Of a stretch of 64,000 bases of DNA, positions 13,871 through 28,324 are shown piece by piece (position 1 is the stretch's first letter; each line of letters opens with the position of its first letter). This DNA comes from the human T2T-CHM13v2.0 reference genome, Homo sapiens: NCBI RefSeq assembly GCF_009914755.1, contig NC_060939.1, one strand, 5' to 3'. The position numbers and the translations under genes were made by a program. The notes under the pieces are model-generated. The model worked only from the letters and a program-made list of their open reading frames with translations. It made no database searches and had not been told where the DNA came from.

Positions 13871-16800
13871 TCCTTTCCATTCGAGTCCATTCCACTCCAC
13901 TCCATTCCATTCGAATACATTTCACTCCATTTGAATTCATTTCACTCCAGTCCATTAAATTCGAGTACATTCCATTCCATTCTATTCAATGCCATTCCAT
14001 TCGATTCTATTCCTTTTGACACCATTCCTTTCCATTCCATTCCATCCGATTCCATTCCATTGTATTCCATTCAATTCCATTCCATTGCATTCCATTCCAT
14101 TCCATTCGTTTCCAATTCATTCTAATTCATTCCGCTCAAGTCCATTCCATTCGAGTCCATTCCCTTCCAGTCCATTCCAATAGAGTCCATTGCTTTCCAT
14201 TCCATTCGATATCTTCCCATTACAGTCCCTTCCATTCTATTCCTTTGGTTCCCATTCAATTCAATTCCATTTGATTACATTTCATTTGATTACATTCCAT
14301 TCGACTCCATTCCATTCGAGTCCATTCCATTCCAGTCCATTCCATTCGATTCCATTCCATTCGATTCCATTCCACTCATTTCCACTCCGTTGCATTCCAT
14401 TGCATTCCATTCTATTCCATTCCATTGCATTCCATTCCTTTCGATTCCATTCCATTCGAATCAATTACATTGCAATGCATTACTTTCATGCCCTTTCTAT
14501 TAAAGTCCAATGCATTATGGTCCATTCCATTCAATTCCATTCTATTCCATTCCATTCGAATCAATTACATTGCAATCCATCACATTCAAGTACCTTCTGT
14601 TCCAGTCCATTCAATTCTGGTCTATTCCATTCAATTCCATTCCCTTTGTTTCCATTCCATTCTTGTACATTCCATTGGATTCCATCTCATTGAAATAAGT
14701 TCTATTCGAGACCATTTCTTCGAGTCCAATCAATTTGAGTCCATTCCATTCGAGTCCATTACATCTGGGTCTATTCCATTCCATCCCATTCCATTCGATG
14801 CCATTCAATTTGATTCTTTTCCTTTCGGCTCCATTCCTTTCCTTTCAGTTCCATCGGATTCCATTCCATTCTATTCCTTTCCATTTCATTGCATTCCATT
14901 CCATTCCACTGGAGACCATTCCACTTCAGTGCATTCCATTCCAGTGTATTCCATTCCATTCCATTCCATTCCATTCCATTCCATTCCATTCCATTCCATT
15001 CCATTCCATTCCATTCCATTCGATATCTTTCCATTACACTCCATTCCATTGTATTCCTTTACAGTCCATTCATTTCCATTCTATTCGATTCCATTCAATT
15101 CAATTCCATTACATTCGACTCCATTTCATTCGAGTCCATTGCTATCCATTTCATTCCAATTCTTTCTGTTCTATTCCATTCCGTTCGATTCCATTTTGTT
15201 CCAGTCCATTCCATTCGAGTCCATTGCTTTCCAGTGCAATTCATTTGATTCCACTCCATTCGATTCCATTCCACTCAATTCCACTCCGTTCCATTCCTTT
15301 GCGTTCCTTTCTCTTCCATTCCATTGCATTCCATTCCATTCCATTCCATTTGTTTACATTCCATTGAATTCCAATCCAGTTGAATCAATTACATTGCAGT
15401 CCATTACATTCGAGTCTGTTCTATCCCAGTTCATTTGATTCTGGTGCATTCCATTGGATTCCTTTCCATTCGATACCATTCCATACTATTGCATTCCATT
15501 CGATTCCATTGTTTTCGAATAAATTCCAATCGAGACCATTCCTTTCGTGTCCATTCTATTTGACTCTATTCCATTTGAGTCCAATAAATTTGTGAACATT
15601 CCATTCCTTTCCATTCCATTCCATTCCATTCCATTCGGTGCCATTCCATTCCACTCTATTCCATTCAAGTCCATTCTATTTGATTCCATTCCATTCCATT
15701 CGATGCCATTACATTCAATTCTATTCCATTCGACTCCATTCAATTCCATTCTCTTCCAAACGATTCCATTCCATTCTATTACTTTCTATTCCAATCCATT
15801 CCATTCCTTTCCATTCGTTTCCATTCCATTCGAGTCCACTCCACTCCAGTCCATTCCATTCCAGGCCATTCCATTCAAGTCCATTCCACTCCATTCCATT
15901 CCATTCGATATCTTTCAATAACACCCCATTCCATTCTGTTCCTTACAAATCAATTCAATTCCATTCCATTTGATTCCATTAAATTCGATTACATTCCATT
16001 CGACTCCATTCCATTCGACTCTATTCCATTCAAGTCCATTCCATTCCATTCCATTGCATTCCGTTCGAATCCCTATTCCATTGCATTTTGTTCCAGTCCA
16101 TTCCATTTGAGTCCATTCCATGCCAAATCATTCCACTTGATTCCATTCCAATCGATTCCATTGCACTCGAATCCAGTGCGTTCCATTCCATTGCTTTCCA
16201 TTCTATTACATTCCATTGCATTACTTTGCATTCCATTTGATTACATTCCTTTCGATTGCATTAATTTCGAATCAATTACATTGCAATCCATTGCATTCGA
16301 GTTCTATTCCAGTCCATTCCAGTCCATTCAAATCAGGCCCATTCCGTTCCATTCCATTCCATTCGATTCCATTCCATTCGAATCGATTGCATTGCAATGC
16401 TTTACATTCAAGTCTGTTTTATTCCAGTCCAATCCATTCCGGTCCATTCCGTTCGATTCCATTCCATTCGATGCCATTCCATACTATTGTATTTCATTCG
16501 ATTCCATTCTATTCAAATAAATTCCACTCGAGACCATTCCTTTGAGTCCATTCTATTTGAGTCCATTCCATTCGAGTCCATTACATTTGGGTCCATTCCA
16601 TTCAATTCCAATGCAATCCATTCCATTCGATGTCACTCCATTCATTTTTATTCCATTAGAATCCATGTCATTCGAGTCCATTCCATTCTATTCCATTCCA
16701 CTCCATTCCATTCCATTCCACTCCATTCCATTCGTTGCCATTCCATTCAATTCTATTATATTCCACTCCATTTAATTCCATTCCATTCCATTCCATTCTA

Positions 16801-18693
16801 TCCAATTCCGTTCCATTCTATTCCTTTAAATTCTTCCATTCCATTCCATTCGTTTCCATTCCATTCGAGTAAAGTCCACTCCAGTCCTTTCCATTCGAGT
16901 CCATTCCTCTCCAGTGAATTCCGTTCAATCCATTCCATTCCAGTCCATTCCATTCTAGTCCGTTCCATTCCAGTCCATTCCATTAGAGTCAATTCGATTC
17001 AATTCGATATCTTTCCATAACGATCCATTCCATTCTATTCCTTTCGATTCCATTCCATTCTATTTCATTCCATTTGATTCCCTTCCATTGGACTCCTTTC
17101 CATTCGAGTGCATTCCATTCCGTTCCATTTCTTTCCGTTCTGTACAATTCCTACCGTTCGATTTCATTTTGTTCCAGTCCATTCCTTTCGCGTCCATTCC
17201 ATTCCATTTCACTCCATTCGATTCCATTCCATTCGATTCCATTCCACTCGATTCCACTTCGTTCCATTTCATTGCATTCCATTCTATTCACCTCTATTGC
17301 CTTCCATTCCATTCCATTCGATTACATTCCATGCGATTCCATTCGAAATTGAATCAATTACATTGCTATCCATTACTATTGAGTCCGTTTTATTCCAGTC
17401 CACTGCATTCTGGTCCATTCCATTTGATTCCATTCCATTCTATTCCATTCCATACAGTTGCATTCCATTGGATTCCATTCTATATCTATAAATTCAATTC
17501 GAGACCATTGCTTTTGAGTCCATTCTATATGATTCCATTCCATTCAAGTCCATTACATTTGGTTCAATTCCATTCCATTCCCTTCCATTCCATTCCATTT
17601 GATATCAATCCATTCGATTCCATTCCATTCGAGCACATTCCATTCGAGTCCATTCCATTCGATGCCATTCCATTTGATTCTATTCCATTAGTCTCCTTTC
17701 AATTCCATTAATCTCCATTCCATTCCATTCTACTCCAACTGATTCCATTCCATTCTATTCCTTTCCATTCCATTTCATTCCATTCCATTCCATTTCATTC
17801 CATTCCATTCCATTCGCTTCCATTCCGTTCGTGTACATTCCACTCCAGTCCATTCCATTCGTGTCCATTCCATTCCAGTCCATTCCATTTGTGTCCACTG
17901 CATTCCATTACACTCCATTCCATATTATTCCATTACACTCCATTCCATTCTATTACTTTCATTTCCATTCAATTCCATTCCATTTGATTCCATTCCACTC
18001 GCTTTCATTCCATTTCAGTCCATTCCATTCCATTCCATTCCATTCCATTCCATTCCATTCCGTTCCATTCCTTTCAGTTCCATTCCATTCTGTTCCATTC
18101 CATTCCATTCCATTCGGTACCATTCCATATTGTTCCCTTCGATTCCATTCGAATCCATTCCATTCCAGTCCATTCCATTCGATTCCATTCCATTCCTTTC
18201 AATTCCATTCCATTCCATTCCATTCCACTTGATTCCACTCCATTCCCTTCCACTGCATTCCATTCGATTCCATTCCATTGCATTGGCTTGCATTCCATTC
18301 GATTCCATTCCATTCGAATCAATTACATAGCAATCCATTACATTCGAGTCTATTCTATTCCGTTCCATTCGATTTCGTTCCAATCCATTCGATTCCATTC
18401 CATTCGATTCCATTCCATACTATTGCATTCCATTCGATTAAATTATATTCGAATAAGTTCCATTCAAGACCATTTCTTTTGAGTCCATTCTATTTGAGTC
18501 CATTCCCTTTGATTCCATAACATTTGAGTCCATTCAATTCCATTCCTTTCGTTTCCATTCCATCTGATGCCATTCCATTCAATTCTGTTCTACTCGACTC
18601 CAATACATTCAATTCCATTCCATCCGATTCCATTACATTCTTTTCATTTCTTATCCATTTCAAGCCATTCCATTCCTTTCCATTCCACTCGTT
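13871..18693 (+). repeat. Short unit S2 (4823 bp, variant X)
   Basis: Spacing 13701->18524. X markers: +10 bp near 14025, CAGTCCCTT, 14-pentamer pure tract. Confidence 0.85.
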
Positions 18694-21600
18694 TCCTTTC
18701 CATTCGAGTCCATTCCACTCCACTCCATTCCATTCGAATACATTTCACTCCATTTGAATTCATTTCACTCCAGTCCATTAAATTCGAGTACATTCCATTC
18801 CATTCTATTCAATGCCATTCCATTCGATTCTATTCCTTTTGACACCATTCCGTTCCATCCGATTCCATTCCATTGTATTCCATTCAATTCCATTCCATTG
18901 CATTCCATTCCATTCCATTCGTTTCCATTTCATTCTAATTCATTCCGCTCAAGTGCATTCCATTCGAGTCCATTCCCTTCCAGTCCATTCCAATAGAGTC
19001 CATTGCTTTCCATTCCATTCGATATCTTCCCATTACAGTCCATTCCATTCTATTCCTTTGGTTCCCATTCAATTCAATTCCATTTGATTACATTTCATTT
19101 GATTACATTCCATTCGACTCCATTCCATTCGAGTCCATTCCATTCCAGTCCATTCCATTCGATTCCATTCCATTCGATTCCATTCCACTCATTTCCACTC
19201 CGTTGCATTCCATTGCATTCCATTCTATTCCATTCCATTGCATTCCATTCCTTTCGATTCCATTCCATTCGAATCAATTACATTGCAATGCATTACTTTC
19301 ATGCCCTTTCTATTAAAGTCCAATGCATTATGGTCCATTCCATTCAATTCCATTCTATTCCATTCCATTCGAATCAATTACATTGCAATCCATCACATTC
19401 AAGTACCTTCTGTTCCAGTCCATTCAATTCTGGTCTATTCCATTCAATTCCATTCCCTTTGTTTCCATTCCATTCTTGTACATTCCATTGGATTCCATCT
19501 CATTGAAATAAGTTCTATTCGAGACCATTTCTTCGAGTCCAATCAATTTGAGTCCATTCCATTCGAGTCCATTACATCTGGGTCTATTCCATTCCATCCC
19601 ATTCCATTCGATGCCATTCAATTTGATTCTTTTCCTTTCGGCTCCATTCCTTTCCTTTCAGTTCCATCGGATTCCATTCCATTCTATTCCTTTCCATTTC
19701 ATTGCATTCCATTCCATTCCACTGGAGACCATTCCACTTCAGTGCATTCCATTCCAGTGTATTCCATTCCATTCCATTCCATTCCATTCCATTCCATTCC
19801 ATTCCATTCCATTCCATTCCATTCCATTCGATATCTTTCCATTACACTCCATTCCATTGTATTCCTTTACAGTCCATTCATTTCCATTCTATTCGATTCC
19901 ATTCAATTCAATTCCATTACATTCGACTCCATTTCATTCGAGTCCATTGCTATCCATTTCATTCCAATTCTTTCTGTTCTATTCCATTCCGTTCGATTCC
20001 ATTTTGTTCCAGTCCATTCCATTCGAGTCCATTGCTTTCCAGTGCAATTCATTTGATTCCACTCCATTCGATTCCATTCCACTCAATTCCACTCCGTTCC
20101 ATTCCTTTGCGTTCCTTTCTCTTCCATTCCATTGCATTCCATTCCATTCCATTCCATTTGTTTACATTCCATTGAATTCCAATCCAGTTGAATCAATTAC
20201 ATTGCAGTCCATTACATTCGAGTCTGTTCTATCCCAGTTCATTTGATTCTGGTGCATTCCATTGGATTCCTTTCCATTCGATACCATTCCATACTATTGC
20301 ATTCCATTCGATTCCATTGTTTTCGAATAAATTCCAATCGAGACCATTCCTTTCGTGTCCATTCTATTTGACTCTATTCCATTTGAGTCCAATAAATTTG
20401 TGAACATTCCATTCCTTTCCATTCCATTCCATTCCATTCCATTCGGTGCCATTCCATTCCACTCTATTCCATTCAAGTCCATTCTATTTGATTCCATTCC
20501 ATTCCATTCGATGCCATTACATTCAATTCTATTCCATTCGACTCCATTCAATTCCATTCTCTTCCAAACGATTCCATTCCATTCTATTACTTTCTATTCC
20601 AATCCATTCCATTCCTTTCCATTCGTTTCCATTCCATTCGAGTCCACTCCACTCCAGTCCATTCCATTCCAGGCCATTCCATTCAAGTCCATTCCACTCC
20701 ATTCCATTCCATTCGATATCTTTCAATAACACCCCATTCCATTCTGTTCCTTACAAATCAATTCAATTCCATTCCATTTGATTCCATTAAATTCGATTAC
20801 ATTCCATTCGACTCCATTCCATTCGACTCTATTCCATTCAAGTCCATTCCATTCCATTCCATTGCATTCCGTTCGAATCCCTATTCCATTGCATTTTGTT
20901 CCAGTCCATTCCATTTGAGTCCATTCCATGCCAAATCATTCCACTTGATTCCATTCCAATCGATTCCATTGCACTCGAATCCAGTGCGTTCCATTCCATT
21001 GCTTTCCATTCTATTACATTCCATTGCATTACTTTGCATTCCATTTGATTACATTCCTTTCGATTGCATTAATTTCGAATCAATTACATTGCAATCCATT
21101 GCATTCGAGTTCTATTCCAGTCCATTCCAGTCCATTCAAATCAGGCCCATTCCGTTCCATTCCATTCCATTCGATTCCATTCCATTCGAATCGATTGCAT
21201 TGCAATGCTTTACATTCAAGTCTGTTTTATTCCAGTCCAATCCATTCCGGTCCATTCCGTTCGATTCCATTCCATTCGATGCCATTCCATACTATTGTAT
21301 TTCATTCGATTCCATTCTATTCAAATAAATTCCACTCGAGACCATTCCTTTGAGTCCATTCTATTTGAGTCCATTCCATTCGAGTCCATTACATTTGGGT
21401 CCATTCCATTCAATTCCAATGCAATCCATTCCATTCGATGTCACTCCATTCATTTTTATTCCATTAGAATCCATGTCATTCGAGTCCATTCCATTCTATT
21501 CCATTCCACTCCATTCCATTCCATTCCACTCCATTCCATTCGTTGCCATTCCATTCAATTCTATTATATTCCACTCCATTTAATTCCATTCCATTCCATT

Positions 21601-23501
21601 CCATTCTATCCAATTCCGTTCCATTCTATTCCTTTAAATTCTTCCATTCCATTCCATTCGTTTCCATTCCATTCGAGTAAAGTCCACTCCAGTCCTTTCC
21701 ATTCGAGTCCATTCCTCTCCAGTGAATTCCGTTCAATCCATTCCATTCCAGTCCATTCCATTCTAGTCCGTTCCATTCCAGTCCATTCCATTAGAGTCAA
21801 TTCGATTCAATTCGATATCTTTCCATAACGATCCATTCCATTCTATTCCTTTCGATTCCATTCCATTCTATTTCATTCCATTTGATTCCCTTCCATTGGA
21901 CTCCTTTCCATTCGAGTGCATTCCATTCCGTTCCATTTCTTTCCGTTCTGTACAATTCCTACCGTTCGATTTCATTTTGTTCCAGTCCATTCCTTTCGCG
22001 TCCATTCCATTCCATTTCACTCCATTCGATTCCATTCCATTCGATTCCATTCCACTCGATTCCACTTCGTTCCATTTCATTGCATTCCATTCTATTCACC
22101 TCTATTGCCTTCCATTCCATTCCATTCGATTACATTCCATGCGATTCCATTCGAAATTGAATCAATTACATTGCTATCCATTACTATTGAGTCCGTTTTA
22201 TTCCAGTCCACTGCATTCTGGTCCATTCCATTTGATTCCATTCCATTCTATTCCATTCCATACAGTTGCATTCCATTGGATTCCATTCTATATCTATAAA
22301 TTCAATTCGAGACCATTGCTTTTGAGTCCATTCTATATGATTCCATTCCATTCAAGTCCATTACATTTGGTTCAATTCCATTCCATTCCCTTCCATTCCA
22401 TTCCATTTGATATCAATCCATTCGATTCCATTCCATTCGAGCACATTCCATTCGAGTCCATTCCATTCGATGCCATTCCATTTGATTCTATTCCATTAGT
22501 CTCCTTTCAATTCCATTAATCTCCATTCCATTCCATTCTACTCCAACTGATTCCATTCCATTCTATTCCTTTCCATTCCATTTCATTCCATTCCATTCCA
22601 TTTCATTCCATTCCATTCCATTCGCTTCCATTCCGTTCGTGTACATTCCACTCCAGTCCATTCCATTCGTGTCCATTCCATTCCAGTCCATTCCATTTGT
22701 GTCCACTGCATTCCATTACACTCCATTCCATATTATTCCATTACACTCCATTCCATTCTATTACTTTCATTTCCATTCAATTCCATTCCATTTGATTCCA
22801 TTCCACTCGCTTTCATTCCATTTCAGTCCATTCCATTCCATTCCATTCCATTCCATTCCATTCCATTCCGTTCCATTCCTTTCAGTTCCATTCCATTCTG
22901 TTCCATTCCATTCCATTCCATTCGGTACCATTCCATATTGTTCCCTTCGATTCCATTCGAATCCATTCCATTCCAGTCCATTCCATTCGATTCCATTCCA
23001 TTCCTTTCAATTCCATTCCATTCCATTCCATTCCACTTGATTCCACTCCATTCCCTTCCACTGCATTCCATTCGATTCCATTCCATTGCATTGGCTTGCA
23101 TTCCATTCGATTCCATTCCATTCGAATCAATTACATAGCAATCCATTACATTCGAGTCTATTCTATTCCGTTCCATTCGATTTCGTTCCAATCCATTCGA
23201 TTCCATTCCATTCGATTCCATTCCATACTATTGCATTCCATTCGATTAAATTATATTCGAATAAGTTCCATTCAAGACCATTTCTTTTGAGTCCATTCTA
23301 TTTGAGTCCATTCCCTTTGATTCCATAACATTTGAGTCCATTCAATTCCATTCCTTTCGTTTCCATTCCATCTGATGCCATTCCATTCAATTCTGTTCTA
23401 CTCGACTCCAATACATTCAATTCCATTCCATCCGATTCCATTACATTCTTTTCATTTCTTATCCATTTCAAGCCATTCCATTCCTTTCCATTCCACTCGT
23501 T
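18694..23501 (+). repeat. Short unit S3 (4808 bp, variant Y)
   Basis: Spacing 18524->23332. Y marker CAAGTGCATT near 18950; 13-pentamer tract. Confidence 0.85.
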
Positions 23502-26500
23502 TCCTTTCCATTCGAGTCCATTCCACTCCACTCCATTCCATTCGAATACATTTCACTCCATTTGAATTCATTTCACTCCAGTCCATTAAATTCGAGTACA
23601 TTCCATTCCATTCTATTCAATGCCATTCCATTCGATTCTATTCCTTTTGACACCATTCCTTTCCATTCCATTCCATCCGATTCCATTCCATTGTATTCCA
23701 TTCAATTCCATTCCATTGCATTCCATTCCATTCCATTCGTTTCCAATTCATTCTAATTCATTCCGCTCAAGTCCATTCCATTCGAGTCCATTCCCTTCCA
23801 GTCCATTCCAATAGAGTCCATTGCTTTCCATTCCATTCGATATCTTCCCATTACAGTCCCTTCCATTCTATTCCTTTGGTTCCCATTCAATTCAATTCCA
23901 TTTGATTACATTTCATTTGATTACATTCCATTCGACTCCATTCCATTCGAGTCCATTCCATTCCAGTCCATTCCATTCGATTCCATTCCATTCGATTCCA
24001 TTCCACTCATTTCCACTCCGTTGCATTCCATTGCATTCCATTCTATTCCATTCCATTGCATTCCATTCCTTTCGATTCCATTCCATTCGAATCAATTACA
24101 TTGCAATGCATTACTTTCATGCCCTTTCTATTAAAGTCCAATGCATTATGGTCCATTCCATTCAATTCCATTCTATTCCATTCCATTCGAATCAATTACA
24201 TTGCAATCCATCACATTCAAGTACCTTCTGTTCCAGTCCATTCAATTCTGGTCTATTCCATTCAATTCCATTCCCTTTGTTTCCATTCCATTCTTGTACA
24301 TTCCATTGGATTCCATCTCATTGAAATAAGTTCTATTCGAGACCATTTCTTCGAGTCCAATCAATTTGAGTCCATTCCATTCGAGTCCATTACATCTGGG
24401 TCTATTCCATTCCATCCCATTCCATTCGATGCCATTCAATTTGATTCTTTTCCTTTCGGCTCCATTCCTTTCCTTTCAGTTCCATCGGATTCCATTCCAT
24501 TCTATTCCTTTCCATTTCATTGCATTCCATTCCATTCCACTGGAGACCATTCCACTTCAGTGCATTCCATTCCAGTGTATTCCATTCCATTCCATTCCAT
24601 TCCATTCCATTCCATTCCATTCCATTCCATTCCATTCCATTCCATTCCATTCGATATCTTTCCATTACACTCCATTCCATTGTATTCCTTTACAGTCCAT
24701 TCATTTCCATTCTATTCGATTCCATTCAATTCAATTCCATTACATTCGACTCCATTTCATTCGAGTCCATTGCTATCCATTTCATTCCAATTCTTTCTGT
24801 TCTATTCCATTCCGTTCGATTCCATTTTGTTCCAGTCCATTCCATTCGAGTCCATTGCTTTCCAGTGCAATTCATTTGATTCCACTCCATTCGATTCCAT
24901 TCCACTCAATTCCACTCCGTTCCATTCCTTTGCGTTCCTTTCTCTTCCATTCCATTGCATTCCATTCCATTCCATTCCATTTGTTTACATTCCATTGAAT
25001 TCCAATCCAGTTGAATCAATTACATTGCAGTCCATTACATTCGAGTCTGTTCTATCCCAGTTCATTTGATTCTGGTGCATTCCATTGGATTCCTTTCCAT
25101 TCGATACCATTCCATACTATTGCATTCCATTCGATTCCATTGTTTTCGAATAAATTCCAATCGAGACCATTCCTTTCGTGTCCATTCTATTTGACTCTAT
25201 TCCATTTGAGTCCAATAAATTTGTGAACATTCCATTCCTTTCCATTCCATTCCATTCCATTCCATTCGGTGCCATTCCATTCCACTCTATTCCATTCAAG
25301 TCCATTCTATTTGATTCCATTCCATTCCATTCGATGCCATTACATTCAATTCTATTCCATTCGACTCCATTCAATTCCATTCTCTTCCAAACGATTCCAT
25401 TCCATTCTATTACTTTCTATTCCAATCCATTCCATTCCTTTCCATTCGTTTCCATTCCATTCGAGTCCACTCCACTCCAGTCCATTCCATTCCAGGCCAT
25501 TCCATTCAAGTCCATTCCACTCCATTCCATTCCATTCGATATCTTTCAATAACACCCCATTCCATTCTGTTCCTTACAAATCAATTCAATTCCATTCCAT
25601 TTGATTCCATTAAATTCGATTACATTCCATTCGACTCCATTCCATTCGACTCTATTCCATTCAAGTCCATTCCATTCCATTCCATTGCATTCCGTTCGAA
25701 TCCCTATTCCATTGCATTTTGTTCCAGTCCATTCCATTTGAGTCCATTCCATGCCAAATCATTCCACTTGATTCCATTCCAATCGATTCCATTGCACTCG
25801 AATCCAGTGCGTTCCATTCCATTGCTTTCCATTCTATTACATTCCATTGCATTACTTTGCATTCCATTTGATTACATTCCTTTCGATTGCATTAATTTCG
25901 AATCAATTACATTGCAATCCATTGCATTCGAGTTCTATTCCAGTCCATTCCAGTCCATTCAAATCAGGCCCATTCCGTTCCATTCCATTCCATTCGATTC
26001 CATTCCATTCGAATCGATTGCATTGCAATGCTTTACATTCAAGTCTGTTTTATTCCAGTCCAATCCATTCCGGTCCATTCCGTTCGATTCCATTCCATTC
26101 GATGCCATTCCATACTATTGTATTTCATTCGATTCCATTCTATTCAAATAAATTCCACTCGAGACCATTCCTTTGAGTCCATTCTATTTGAGTCCATTCC
26201 ATTCGAGTCCATTACATTTGGGTCCATTCCATTCAATTCCAATGCAATCCATTCCATTCGATGTCACTCCATTCATTTTTATTCCATTAGAATCCATGTC
26301 ATTCGAGTCCATTCCATTCTATTCCATTCCACTCCATTCCATTCCATTCCACTCCATTCCATTCGTTGCCATTCCATTCAATTCTATTATATTCCACTCC
26401 ATTTAATTCCATTCCATTCCATTCCATTCTATCCAATTCCGTTCCATTCTATTCCTTTAAATTCTTCCATTCCATTCCATTCGTTTCCATTCCATTCGAG

Positions 26501-28324
26501 TAAAGTCCACTCCAGTCCTTTCCATTCGAGTCCATTCCTCTCCAGTGAATTCCGTTCAATCCATTCCATTCCAGTCCATTCCATTCTAGTCCGTTCCATT
26601 CCAGTCCATTCCATTAGAGTCAATTCGATTCAATTCGATATCTTTCCATAACGATCCATTCCATTCTATTCCTTTCGATTCCATTCCATTCTATTTCATT
26701 CCATTTGATTCCCTTCCATTGGACTCCTTTCCATTCGAGTGCATTCCATTCCGTTCCATTTCTTTCCGTTCTGTACAATTCCTACCGTTCGATTTCATTT
26801 TGTTCCAGTCCATTCCTTTCGCGTCCATTCCATTCCATTTCACTCCATTCGATTCCATTCCATTCGATTCCATTCCACTCGATTCCACTTCGTTCCATTT
26901 CATTGCATTCCATTCTATTCACCTCTATTGCCTTCCATTCCATTCCATTCGATTACATTCCATGCGATTCCATTCGAAATTGAATCAATTACATTGCTAT
27001 CCATTACTATTGAGTCCGTTTTATTCCAGTCCACTGCATTCTGGTCCATTCCATTTGATTCCATTCCATTCTATTCCATTCCATACAGTTGCATTCCATT
27101 GGATTCCATTCTATATCTATAAATTCAATTCGAGACCATTGCTTTTGAGTCCATTCTATATGATTCCATTCCATTCAAGTCCATTACATTTGGTTCAATT
27201 CCATTCCATTCCCTTCCATTCCATTCCATTTGATATCAATCCATTCGATTCCATTCCATTCGAGCACATTCCATTCGAGTCCATTCCATTCGATGCCATT
27301 CCATTTGATTCTATTCCATTAGTCTCCTTTCAATTCCATTAATCTCCATTCCATTCCATTCTACTCCAACTGATTCCATTCCATTCTATTCCTTTCCATT
27401 CCATTTCATTCCATTCCATTCCATTTCATTCCATTCCATTCCATTCGCTTCCATTCCGTTCGTGTACATTCCACTCCAGTCCATTCCATTCGTGTCCATT
27501 CCATTCCAGTCCATTCCATTTGTGTCCACTGCATTCCATTACACTCCATTCCATATTATTCCATTACACTCCATTCCATTCTATTACTTTCATTTCCATT
27601 CAATTCCATTCCATTTGATTCCATTCCACTCGCTTTCATTCCATTTCAGTCCATTCCATTCCATTCCATTCCATTCCATTCCATTCCATTCCGTTCCATT
27701 CCTTTCAGTTCCATTCCATTCTGTTCCATTCCATTCCATTCCATTCGGTACCATTCCATATTGTTCCCTTCGATTCCATTCGAATCCATTCCATTCCAGT
27801 CCATTCCATTCGATTCCATTCCATTCCTTTCAATTCCATTCCATTCCATTCCATTCCACTTGATTCCACTCCATTCCCTTCCACTGCATTCCATTCGATT
27901 CCATTCCATTGCATTGGCTTGCATTCCATTCGATTCCATTCCATTCGAATCAATTACATAGCAATCCATTACATTCGAGTCTATTCTATTCCGTTCCATT
28001 CGATTTCGTTCCAATCCATTCGATTCCATTCCATTCGATTCCATTCCATACTATTGCATTCCATTCGATTAAATTATATTCGAATAAGTTCCATTCAAGA
28101 CCATTTCTTTTGAGTCCATTCTATTTGAGTCCATTCCCTTTGATTCCATAACATTTGAGTCCATTCAATTCCATTCCTTTCGTTTCCATTCCATCTGATG
28201 CCATTCCATTCAATTCTGTTCTACTCGACTCCAATACATTCAATTCCATTCCATCCGATTCCATTACATTCTTTTCATTTCTTATCCATTTCAAGCCATT
28301 CCATTCCTTTCCATTCCACTCGTT
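23502..28324 (+). repeat. Short unit S4 (4823 bp, variant X)
   Basis: ORF set matches S2 at +9631. Confidence 0.85.

Noticed and set aside
14425-15438. Longest ORF (337 aa), repeated at 24056
   Set aside because: It exists only because a +5-bp tract change fuses two frames; other copies give 262-310 aa with different C-termini.
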